Source: Campylobacterota bacterium (lineage in GTDB: Bacteria > Campylobacterota > Campylobacteria > Campylobacterales > Sulfurimonadaceae). Taken from it: DNA of 39,825 nucleotides. Both the position numbers and the translations under genes were made by a program. Below, in pieces: positions 31,652-39,825 of this stretch (position 1 is its first letter; every line of letters begins with the position of its first letter). The notes under the pieces were generated by a model. It was not told where the DNA came from. It saw only the letters and a program-made list of their open reading frames with translations, and did no database searches. The stretch covers positions 1-39,825 of the forward strand of contig JAYELK010000126.1 of assembly GCA_034717415.1 (NCBI GenBank), read 5' to 3'.

Positions 31652-32390
31652 TTTTATAACTGCGTCAGATGCTTCAAAAGAGGCATTTAAAACAGCAACT
31701 CTTTTAAAAACATTAACTGTTAGTTCTCTTATTACAGGGGAGGTTGGTGTTGGTAAAAAGAGCCTTGCTAAATATATACTTCCAGATGCACCTATTGTAG
31801 ATGCATCTGATTTTTATGAACTTTTAACTACTCTTGAGAGTTCAAGAGAAATTATAATTATAAATCTTGAAAATTCTCCAAATATTAAGAGAGTTGTTGA
31901 TATAGCTAAAGAGCATAGTGTCAGAATTGTTGCAACAGCAAAAAGTTTATTTGTTGATGAAAATGTTGATGAATTTTTTAGTGTTAAATTTGATATACCA
32001 CCACTCTCTTCAAGACTAAAAGATGTTGATTTTTTAGTTGAAGAGTTTATAAAAGAGGCATCTGTACTTTTTGGTAGTGATGAAAAGTTTAATATTGAAA
32101 ATTTCAAACCTGATTTAAGTCAGAATTCCAACTCTTTAAGACGGCAGGTGATGATAAATTACCTTTTACAAGATATTAAAGATATAGAGTTGATGGGAAT
32201 TGTTCAAAATTATTTAAGTGATAAACTTGGTTCAAATAGTGACTACAAAAAGTTTCTGTATCTATATGAAGTACCATTAATAAGAGCAGGACTTTACAAA
32301 TTTAAGTCTCAACTACAGTTATCAGATAGATTGGGTCTAAACAGAAATACACTTAGAAAAAAAATAGCTGATAATAAACAATATTTATAG
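31638..32390 (+). CDS. Degenerate sigma54-activator-like AAA+ protein with Fis-type HTH
   Basis: LITGEVGVGK, VRIVATA, IPPLSSRLKD, LGLNRNTLRKK; start probably GTG 31638 (track start is 31602). Confidence 0.75.
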   Translation: MDATSFITASDASKEAFKTATLLKTLTVSSLITGEVGVGKKSLAKYILPDAPIVDASDFYELLTTLESSREIIIINLENSPNIKRVVDIAKEHSVRIVATAKSLFVDENVDEFFSVKFDIPPLSSRLKDVDFLVEEFIKEASVLFGSDEKFNIENFKPDLSQNSNSLRRQVMINYLLQDIKDIELMGIVQNYLSDKLGSNSDYKKFLYLYEVPLIRAGLYKFKSQLQLSDRLGLNRNTLRKKIADNKQYL

Positions 32391-32400
32391 GGAGAAAAAA

Positions 32401-33342
32401 ATGTCAAAAAAAATAGCGATGATCTTTTCAGGTCAAGGTTCTCAAGCAGTAGGAATGGGCAGAGACTTTTATGAAGCTAGCGAAGTAGCAAGAGAGATGT
32501 TTCTTAAAGCTGGTGAGAGAATTGGTGTTGATTTCAAAGAATTAATCTTTGAAGAGAATGAGAAATTAGGTCAAACTGCTTTCACTCAACCTGCAATTTT
32601 ATTAGTACAAATGGTAGCTTATAAGCTTTTTAAAGATGCTTGTCCAGATCTCAAAGCAGAACTATTTTTAGGTCACTCACTTGGTGAGTTTTCTGCATTG
32701 TGTGCAAGTGGTGCTATTGATTATATTGATGCAGTTGAACTTGTTCATAAGCGTGGGTCATTTATGCAGTCGGCATGTGAAGAAATAGAAGCAGGAATGA
32801 TGGCTATTGTTGGTCTTGATGATGAGTCTGTAGAAAAAATTTGTACCCAAGCTCAATCAGAAGGTAAAAAAGTTTGGCCTGCAAACTATAATCAAGATGG
32901 TCAGTTAGTTGTAGCTGGAATGAAAAGTGATTTAGTTTCATTAGAGCAATCATTTAAAGATGCCGGTGCCAAAAGAGCTTTGCTTTTAAATATGTCAGTT
33001 GCATCTCACTGTGAGATACTGGCTCCGGCACAAGAGCCTTTAGTAGAGTTAATGTTCTCTATGGTTAAGGATGAGTTTGAAGCTCCTATCATATCTAATG
33101 TTACGACAAAACCTTACAATACAAAAGATAAGGCAGTAGCACTTTTAAAAGATCAGTTAGTTAAACCTGTAAAATATAAACAATCTATCTTAGCAATAGC
33201 TGGTGATGTTGATATAGCTATTGAGTTTGGTAATGGAGTAGTTTTAAAAGGTCTTAATCGTAGAATTGCAAAAGATTTAAAAACATTAAATATATCAGAT
33301 ATGGCATCTTTAGCAAAAGTTCAAGAGGAAGTTTGCAGTTAA
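32401..33342 (+). CDS. fabD: Malonyl CoA-ACP transacylase
   Basis: FSGQGSQ, TQPAI, GHSLGE, ASHC. Confidence 0.96.
   Translation: MSKKIAMIFSGQGSQAVGMGRDFYEASEVAREMFLKAGERIGVDFKELIFEENEKLGQTAFTQPAILLVQMVAYKLFKDACPDLKAELFLGHSLGEFSALCASGAIDYIDAVELVHKRGSFMQSACEEIEAGMMAIVGLDDESVEKICTQAQSEGKKVWPANYNQDGQLVVAGMKSDLVSLEQSFKDAGAKRALLLNMSVASHCEILAPAQEPLVELMFSMVKDEFEAPIISNVTTKPYNTKDKAVALLKDQLVKPVKYKQSILAIAGDVDIAIEFGNGVVLKGLNRRIAKDLKTLNISDMASLAKVQEEVCS
32772..32781 (+). repeat. Dispersed motif core GGCATGTGAA
   Basis: Read as SACE in fabD. Confidence 0.6.
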
Positions 33343-33343
33343 G

Positions 33344-34060
33344 ATGAGAGTAACACTGGTTCAAAGTTCACCAAAATTAAATCGTTCTAATTTGCTTGAT
33401 ATTATTGAAACTGTAAGCAGATATAAAGATAGTAGTGATTTGATTGTATTTCCGGAACTCTCTTTGAACGGTTATCTGCTTCAAGATAAACTCTATGAAG
33501 ATGCTTGGGGATTAGATGAACTAAATGAGTTAAAAGAGCTTAGTTGTCATGTGGATATTGTTGTAGGTGCAGCAATTAAAGATTCTAAAGTATTTAGAAA
33601 TGCAGCTCTCTATTTTTCACAAGGTAAATTGCTTAGTCAACATAACAAAGTGCATCTACCAAATTATGGTATGTTTGAAGAGGCTCGTTACTTTTGTGCC
33701 GGTAGTGTGTTTGAAGGTTTTGATACTCGTCATGGAAAGATTTCTATGCTTGTTTGTGAAGATTTATGGCATGCTGGAGTGCATCATCAGCTTTTTGATG
33801 AAAATCCTGATTATATTATTGCGCTTGTTGCTTCTCCAGCTCGTGGTTTTGATGATGATGGCTTATTGATAGAAGAGCAGTGGCATGCACTTCTAAAATC
33901 AGTTGCTCTGCATTGTGATGCTAAGGTTGTTTTTGTAAATCGTGTAGGTTTTGAGGATGGTCTTGGTTTTTGGGGTGGAAGTTGTATAGTTGATAAAAAT
34001 GCAAAGATTTTAGAGAAACTGCCACATTATGAAACTCTAGTAAAAACATTTGAAATATAG
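33344..34060 (+). CDS. Carbon-nitrogen hydrolase (nitrilase superfamily)
   Basis: VFPEL, KVHLPNYGMFEEARYF, VCEDLW catalytic triad context; resembles a stand-alone NAD synthetase glutaminase domain. Confidence 0.9.
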   Translation: MRVTLVQSSPKLNRSNLLDIIETVSRYKDSSDLIVFPELSLNGYLLQDKLYEDAWGLDELNELKELSCHVDIVVGAAIKDSKVFRNAALYFSQGKLLSQHNKVHLPNYGMFEEARYFCAGSVFEGFDTRHGKISMLVCEDLWHAGVHHQLFDENPDYIIALVASPARGFDDDGLLIEEQWHALLKSVALHCDAKVVFVNRVGFEDGLGFWGGSCIVDKNAKILEKLPHYETLVKTFEI

Positions 34061-34077
34061 AAGAGGGAAGTATTAAA

Positions 34078-34773
34078 ATGAAAATAGCGATTATGGGTGC
34101 AATGCCTGAAGAGATAGCACCAATTTTAGAAAAAATAGGTGAGTATAAAACTACTGAATATGCAAATAATAGATATTATGAAGTAACTTATAAAGGTGTC
34201 CAATTAGTTATAGCATATTCAAAAATAGGTAAGGTGTTTTCAACTTTGACGGCTACAACTTTGATTGAGCATTTTGACTGTGATAAACTACTTTTTTCAG
34301 GGGTTGCCGGGGCTATCTCACCTACTCTTAAAGTTGGTGATCTGATTATTGCTACAAAATTATCTCAACATGATTTAGATATTACAGCTTTCGGTCATCC
34401 TTTTGGTTTTGTTCCAGAGGGTGCAATCTTTGTAGAATCAGATAAAGATTTAATCACTCTTGGCAAAGAAGTAGCAAAAGAGATGGGTAAAACAGTTCAA
34501 GAGGGAACTGTTGCAACTGGAGATCAATTTGTAGCAAATGAAGAGAGAAAAAACTGGATAGGTGATACATTTGGAGCTGATGCTTTAGAGATGGAGGGTG
34601 CTAGTGTTGCTGTTGTTTGTGATGCTTTAAATATACCATTTTTTATTCTTCGTGCCATAAGTGATGCTGCTGATATGGATGCCAGTTTTAGTTTTGATGA
34701 GTTTTTAGAGACAAGCGCAGTAGAGAGTGCAGAGTTTGTTATAAAAATGGTTGATAGATTAATTGAAAAATAA
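34078..34773 (+). CDS. mtnN: 5'-methylthioadenosine/S-adenosylhomocysteine nucleosidase
   Basis: IMGAMPEE, KIGKV, TGDQF, EMEGA, RAISD. Confidence 0.95.
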   Translation: MKIAIMGAMPEEIAPILEKIGEYKTTEYANNRYYEVTYKGVQLVIAYSKIGKVFSTLTATTLIEHFDCDKLLFSGVAGAISPTLKVGDLIIATKLSQHDLDITAFGHPFGFVPEGAIFVESDKDLITLGKEVAKEMGKTVQEGTVATGDQFVANEERKNWIGDTFGADALEMEGASVAVVCDALNIPFFILRAISDAADMDASFSFDEFLETSAVESAEFVIKMVDRLIEK

Positions 34774-35561
34774 TGTCTATTAAAATTTCAAAAAAAATAA
34801 TGTCTAAACTTGGCAAAACAAATGCCGAGTTTGGACTTATAGAAGAGGGCGATAAGATTTTAGTCGGTCTTAGTGGTGGTAAAGATTCTCTTACTATGAT
34901 TCATGCGATGAAAGAACAACAACGCCGTGCTCCCTTTAAATTTGAGTTTATTGCTGTAACTATAGGTTATGGGATGGGTGAAAATTTTGATAACCTTGTT
35001 GAGCATTGTAAGAAACAGGATATTCTTCATATTATACATGAGACACAGACTTATGAGATAGCAAAAGAAAAAATCAGAAAAAATTCATCATTTTGTAGCT
35101 TTTTTTCCCGTATGAGAAGAGGGTTTCTTTATAGTGTGGCACAAGAACATGGGTGCAATAAAGTTGCACTTGGTCATCATATGGATGATGCAGCTGAGAG
35201 TTTTTTTATGAACTTTATTTATAATGGTCAGATGAGAAGTTTGGCTCCAAAATATAGAGCAGAAAATGGACTTATAGTTATTCGTCCTCTGATTCAGATG
35301 AGAGAGAGACAGCTTCGTGCATTTGTAGAAGATAATGGAATCAGCGCAATTGGTGATGAAGCTTGTCCTGCTATGAGGTTTGATGTTAAAATGCCTCATG
35401 CTAGAGCAAATACTAAAGAGATGTTAGCAAAGATGGAAAAAGAGTTTCCATCACTTTTTACCTCTCTTAATGCAGCATTTAAAAATATATCCGAAGATAC
35501 TTTTTTTGATAAGGAGAAGTTTAAGGGAACCTCTAAAAACCCTTACATCCTCAGAGTCTAA
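34773..35561 (+). CDS. ttcA: tRNA 2-thiocytidine biosynthesis TtcA-family protein
   Basis: SGGKDS PP-loop, CSFFSRMRRG, GHHMDD, IRPL; last 12 residues are read through the MITE insertion. Confidence 0.88.
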   Translation: MSIKISKKIMSKLGKTNAEFGLIEEGDKILVGLSGGKDSLTMIHAMKEQQRRAPFKFEFIAVTIGYGMGENFDNLVEHCKKQDILHIIHETQTYEIAKEKIRKNSSFCSFFSRMRRGFLYSVAQEHGCNKVALGHHMDDAAESFFMNFIYNGQMRSLAPKYRAENGLIVIRPLIQMRERQLRAFVEDNGISAIGDEACPAMRFDVKMPHARANTKEMLAKMEKEFPSLFTSLNAAFKNISEDTFFDKEKFKGTSKNPYILRV

Positions 35562-35788
35562 AAGAGGGGTGAGATTATACAGAACTTTTTTTGAGTCATA
35601 GCCTTAGCTACGACGATGAAAAATGCTGTGTAAGATTGCCCCTCTTTTAGGCTCCCTACGGGCAACATCGCAGATTAGCTATTGCGTCGTTAAAAGTATT
35701 TGAAGCTACTAGTAGCTCCTGCATACTTTCGCCTAGCACTAGCTAATCTGCTATGTTGCTGAGGAAATAAGGGTTTTTAGAGGTTCCC
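35525..35788. mobile_element. 264-bp non-autonomous MITE-like element
   Basis: 21-bp perfect TIR GGGAACCTCTAAAAACCCTTA (30 bp with 2 mismatches); TTAA on both sides (35521-35524, 35789-35792); no ORF; two long internal hairpins. Confidence 0.88.
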
Positions 35789-36280
35789 TTAATATTTAGA
35801 TATTAAGTTCTCTTCATCTTTGGCTATTTGAGATTTTTTATTGTGAAGAGTCTCTTCTTTTAAAGTTTTTAAAAAATATATGATATTTTCTTGGTAGGAG
35901 ATAGTATCTTTGTCATGAGATATTGATAGTAGAGGTTTTAGCGAATCAATATCTATTTTTTTGGCATATCTAGGTATTATTTTTAACTCTTTTTGTATAT
36001 TTGACACAAGGGTATCTATATTTAAACCATTGTTTTCTTTTACTTTTTCAACAAGTTCTTTAGTTGAAAGCATTAATAGATTTGCTCTATCTTCATCATT
36101 ATCATATGTTTTCATGCCAATTTCTTTGATAATAATATAGTTTTCAACTTTAATATCTTCATTAGCTGCTATAATAAGTGCAAAAATTTTAGCACGAAAC
36201 TCAAGAGAGCCGTGGTGGTGAACAAATAGTTCACGAAATGCATTGAAAAAATGGTGTTTAATTCTAAAACTAAGCTTCAT
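35789..36280 (-). CDS. Hypothetical protein (possibly TerB-like helical fold)
   Basis: 163-aa ORF with GAGG RBS; FRAKIFALIIAAN helix; fold call is weak. Confidence 0.75.
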   Translation of the reverse strand: MKLSFRIKHHFFNAFRELFVHHHGSLEFRAKIFALIIAANEDIKVENYIIIKEIGMKTYDNDEDRANLLMLSTKELVEKVKENNGLNIDTLVSNIQKELKIIPRYAKKIDIDSLKPLLSISHDKDTISYQENIIYFLKTLKEETLHNKKSQIAKDEENLISKY

Positions 36281-36367
36281 ATATACCTCTAAAATTAATT
36301 ATTTACTAATACTTATATGCTATTATACATTTTTGAATTTAAAATATAGTTTTATAGGTGTAAAAAA

Positions 36368-36715
36368 ATGTTAAATGAAGATGATTATACTCGGTTAAAG
36401 AAAAGTTTCATCGAATCTCAGAGACTTTTTGATAAATTAAATCGTGTTGCATCCCAAGTTAGTGAACTTGATTATGATGAGAGTGGCTTATATCTTGATG
36501 ATGAAGAGATGTATAAGAAACATTGGTTAAAACTAAGTTCAAAGGTTGCAGATGCTTTAAGTAATTCATTGAGTGGATATAAAATAGAACTTTTAAATAA
36601 TGATAATTTAGAGATAAGAAAACTTTCATTTAATTTAAGCAAAGAAAATGATACAAGTAAGATAGATGTAGATTATAGTGAAGATGGTGCTATAAGTATC
36701 ATACAAGTAAGTTAA
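36368..36715 (+). CDS. Hypothetical protein
   Basis: 115-aa ORF with AGGTG RBS, directly upstream of yebC. Confidence 0.7.
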   Translation: MLNEDDYTRLKKSFIESQRLFDKLNRVASQVSELDYDESGLYLDDEEMYKKHWLKLSSKVADALSNSLSGYKIELLNNDNLEIRKLSFNLSKENDTSKIDVDYSEDGAISIIQVS

Positions 36716-36725
36716 GGAGAAAATT

Positions 36726-37436
36726 GTGGGTAGAGCGTTCGAGTATAGAAAAGCATCAAAGTTAAAAAGATGGGGAGCAATGTCAAAGCTGTTTCCTAAA
36801 CTAGGTAAAATAATTACAATGGCAGCGAAAGAGGGTAGTAGCGATCCAGATATGAATTCTAAGCTTCGTACAGCTATCTTAAATGCAAAAGCTGAAAATA
36901 TGTCAAAAGACAATATTGAGGCAGCCATAAAAAGAGCAAGTGCTAAAGACACAGCAAGTATGTTAGAAGTAAATTTTGAGGGTAAAGCTCCACATGGTGT
37001 TCTACTATTTATAGAGTGTATGACTGATAATAATACTAGAACAGTTGCAAATGTTAAAAATATTTTGACTAAACATGGAGGAGAGATGCTTACAAATGGT
37101 TCTTTAGAGTTTATGTTTGATAGAAAAGCACTTATAGAATTTTCTCTAAAAGATGGTATGGATATTGAAGAGTTAGAGTTAGAATTGATTGATTCAGGGC
37201 TTGAAGAGATTGAAGTAGAAGATAGTGTAGTTTTAGTAACTGGAGACTATAAAAGTTTTGGAACTCTGACTTCTGCTTTAGAAGATATGGATGTAGAAAT
37301 TACTAAAGCAAACTTAGAAAGAATGGCAAACTCTCCTGTTACTATTACAGAGCAGCAACAAGCAGAGATTGATAAGATTTTAGAGAAACTTGAAGATGAT
37401 GAGGATGTGCAAAAAGTTTTTACTAACTTAGCATAA
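36726..37436 (+). CDS. yebC: YebC/PmpR family protein
   Basis: MGRAFEYRK, DPDMNSKLR, TDNNTRT, EDDEDVQKVFTN. Confidence 0.95.
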   Translation: MGRAFEYRKASKLKRWGAMSKLFPKLGKIITMAAKEGSSDPDMNSKLRTAILNAKAENMSKDNIEAAIKRASAKDTASMLEVNFEGKAPHGVLLFIECMTDNNTRTVANVKNILTKHGGEMLTNGSLEFMFDRKALIEFSLKDGMDIEELELELIDSGLEEIEVEDSVVLVTGDYKSFGTLTSALEDMDVEITKANLERMANSPVTITEQQQAEIDKILEKLEDDEDVQKVFTNLA

Positions 37437-37447
37437 GCTTATATATT

Positions 37448-37461
37448 CTTGGCATGTGGAA
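37448..37461 (+). repeat. Dispersed motif CTTGGCATGTGGAA (intergenic)
   Basis: Exact match in the 29-nt yebC-yigZ gap. Confidence 0.9.
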
Positions 37462-37465
37462 ATAG

Positions 37466-38041
37466 ATGAAGTTTGTAGATAAATATTACTCCCAAACATT
37501 AGAGATAAAGCAGTCTAAATTTATAGCTCATGCAGTTGCATATAGTATCTATGATAAAACACTTAAAGAGTTAAAAGAGACTCATCCAAAAGCCAGACAT
37601 TTTATTGTGGCATATAGGTATCTAAATGAGTTTAATCAAATTGTAGAACACTCTAGTGATGATGGAGAACCAAAAGGAACTTCCGGTAAGCCGACACTGA
37701 TGGTACTTCAAGGTAGAGATATAATAAATAGTGCTATTATTACTGTTAGATATTTTGGTGGTACTAAACTTGGTACTGGTGGTCTTGTCCGTGCTTATAG
37801 TGATGCTGCAAATTTAGTTTTTCAATCAGCTGTTTTAAAAGAGTATAAGCAAGAATTTTTTAAAACTATTATTTTTAATTATACTAATCTTAGAAGAGTA
37901 GAGTATGAATGTTTGGCATGTGGAGTTGAAATTATCGAAAAAGTTTTTAATGACAAAACTCAATATAGACTAAAATCAGATGAAAACAGTATGAAAAAGT
38001 TTTTGTCTAAAATTGACAGAATGGTAAATGTGATAGAGTAG
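37466..38041 (+). CDS. yigZ: YigZ/IMPACT family protein
   Basis: IKQSKFIA, SDDGEPKGTSGKP, VRYFGGTKLGTGGLVRAY. Confidence 0.95.
   Translation: MKFVDKYYSQTLEIKQSKFIAHAVAYSIYDKTLKELKETHPKARHFIVAYRYLNEFNQIVEHSSDDGEPKGTSGKPTLMVLQGRDIINSAIITVRYFGGTKLGTGGLVRAYSDAANLVFQSAVLKEYKQEFFKTIIFNYTNLRRVEYECLACGVEIIEKVFNDKTQYRLKSDENSMKKFLSKIDRMVNVIE
37913..37924 (+). repeat. Dispersed motif TTGGCATGTGGA
   Basis: Exact match; read as LACG in yigZ. Confidence 0.88.
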
Positions 38042-38052
38042 ATATAAAATAT

Positions 38053-39297
38053 CTACCTACCGTGAACAGCATTCCCCATATCCCACATAGGTAAGAAAAT
38101 ACCAAGTGCTAGTAAGATAACCATAGAAGCGATTATAAGAAGCATAATAGGTTCAATAGCTTCAGAAAGACCATCGATAATTGCATCAAATCTCATCTTA
38201 TAATAATCAGCTACTTTACTTACCATTGCGTCTAATGCACCACTATCTTCACCGGCACTAATCATCTGAATAATCATGTTCTCAAAGAGTTCGGTCTCTT
38301 TAAGACCTTGGTTTAAAGTTCCACCTTTTTCAACAGTTGCTCTAACTGTCATAAGTTTTTCTTTTAAAGGTAGTGAATCTATCATAGAAGTAGAAGTTTC
38401 AAGTGCTTCAGCAATAGGAATACCGGCACGGACAAGTTCAGAAAAGACAAGTGTAAAACGACTGAGAGTTGCAAATTTAATTAAGTTTTTAATTAGATAA
38501 ACTTTTAATAAAAATTTATGCCATCCATATCTGAATTTTTGAGAATTATTAACAAAATATTTAAATACAACTACAAATATAAATATTCCGGCTAATACAT
38601 AGGGACCATAGTTATTAAATAGATGCTCTAAAGTTAATAAGATTTGTGTAGGCAGAGGTAGTTCAGCACCTAACTCTTCAAAAATAGATTTAAACTGAGG
38701 TACAACATAGGAGATTAAAATTGTAAAAGCGATTGCCATAGCAATCATAACATTTCTTGGATATGCCATTGCTTTTTTAAATTTAATAACATTAGCACGA
38801 ATCTCTTCAAGCATATTTGCCAACGAGTATAGTGATTCATCTAAATTACCAGTTTTTTCACCTAATTGAACCATAGCAATAGTTAAGTTGCCAAGTTCAA
38901 AACGAAAATTTTCCATAGAAGCAGATAGTGCATGACCAGAATTTATATCATCAGCTAGCTTAGAAAAAACAAAATTAAGATTTTCATCTTCTGTCGAATT
39001 TGCTATTTCATTGAGTGAATCATAGATCGATATACCAGCGTTTGTCATAACTGCTAATTGTCTGATTGCTGCAATTAAGGCATCTGGTTTAATCTTTCTT
39101 TTTTTGATATTTTGCATCAGATTTGTTTTAAATCTTTTTATTTTTGCATCAAGAGGCTCCTCAGCTTCAACAACCTTAATAATTATTCCAGAAAATTTTA
39201 ACTTTGCATAATTATTTGCTTCTTTTCTATCATTAGCATAGAGTGGAAACTGCTCTTTCTTACCTTTGGTTAATACTGTTGCTAGAAAATAAATCAT
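38053..39297 (-). CDS. GspF/PilC-family platform protein (T2SS/type IV pilus; CtsF- or MshG-like)
   Basis: [35 protein letters not shown]...IFLPMW. Confidence 0.93.
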   Translation of the reverse strand: MIYFLATVLTKGKKEQFPLYANDRKEANNYAKLKFSGIIIKVVEAEEPLDAKIKRFKTNLMQNIKKRKIKPDALIAAIRQLAVMTNAGISIYDSLNEIANSTEDENLNFVFSKLADDINSGHALSASMENFRFELGNLTIAMVQLGEKTGNLDESLYSLANMLEEIRANVIKFKKAMAYPRNVMIAMAIAFTILISYVVPQFKSIFEELGAELPLPTQILLTLEHLFNNYGPYVLAGIFIFVVVFKYFVNNSQKFRYGWHKFLLKVYLIKNLIKFATLSRFTLVFSELVRAGIPIAEALETSTSMIDSLPLKEKLMTVRATVEKGGTLNQGLKETELFENMIIQMISAGEDSGALDAMVSKVADYYKMRFDAIIDGLSEAIEPIMLLIIASMVILLALGIFLPMWDMGNAVHGR

Positions 39298-39825
39298 TTT
39301 GCTACCCTTAATATCTCTTCAATACTAGTTACACCATCTAAAGCTTTATCTATCCCATTTTTAAAAATTGGAACAAAACCATCTTGAAGTGCTTGTTCTA
39401 GCATCGCATCTTTTGATGCACCCTTTGCGATAAGAGATGATAAATCTTCAGTTATTGTTAAAACTTCACATATCATTTCTCGACCCATATATCCTGTGTC
39501 ATTACACTCTTTACAACCTTTACCTTTATAAAACTTTGCTCCTTCTGGAATTAAACCTTTTAACTCTTCTAAAGCAGAAGCCGGAACTTGTTCCTCTGTT
39601 TTACAACTAGGACAAATTTTTCTAACCAGTCGTTGAGCCTGTATTCCTACTAATGCACCACTAATCAGATAGTTTTCTATCCCCATATCAACCATACGAG
39701 GAATAGCACTTATGGAGTCATTTGTATGTAGAGTAGATATAACCAAGTGTCCTGTAAGAGCTGCTTTGATCGCAATTTCGAGTGTCTCTTGGTCACGAAT
39801 CTCCCCAATCATAATTTTATCTGGA
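39294..39825 (-). CDS. GspE/PilB-family assembly ATPase (5' part outside the window)
   Basis: [27 protein letters not shown], tetracysteine CPSC...CKEC, GYMGR. Confidence 0.93.
   Translation of the reverse strand, partial: PDKIMIGEIRDQETLEIAIKAALTGHLVISTLHTNDSISAIPRMVDMGIENYLISGALVGIQAQRLVRKICPSCKTEEQVPASALEELKGLIPEGAKFYKGKGCKECNDTGYMGREMICEVLTITEDLSSLIAKGASKDAMLEQALQDGFVPIFKNGIDKALDGVTSIEEILRVAK

Overview
AT-rich (roughly one-third GC) core-chromosome window from a Campylobacterota bacterium; gene order and protein style suggest a Sulfurimonas-like organism (inference). It carries a partial HI0933-family flavoprotein, mutS2, dapE, a Na/Pi cotransporter, ridA, a retention-module T1SS-type protein, a TetR-TolC-MFP-RND efflux operon, rplU-rpmA-obgE-proB-fmt-birA-parAB, the atpF'FHAGDC-tol-pal-slyD-fabD-mtnN-ttcA block, yebC, yigZ and a PilC/PilB-type pair. 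The strongest unexplained signal is a non-palindromic dispersed motif, consensus (C)TTGGCATGTGRA(A). By eye I count 16 exact GGCATGTG cores and 10 exact TTGGCATGTGRA 12-mers. They lie on both strands, are read in five different frames inside housekeeping genes, and occur once as an inverted pair forming a hairpin just after a stop codon. This layout matches the DNA uptake sequences of Neisseriaceae and Pasteurellaceae; I am not aware of such a sequence being described in this lineage. Also notable: a 264-bp cloverleaf MITE inserted at TTAA that rewrites the TtcA C-terminus, and a structured rplU-rpmA spacer whose last hairpin covers the rpmA Shine-Dalgarno.
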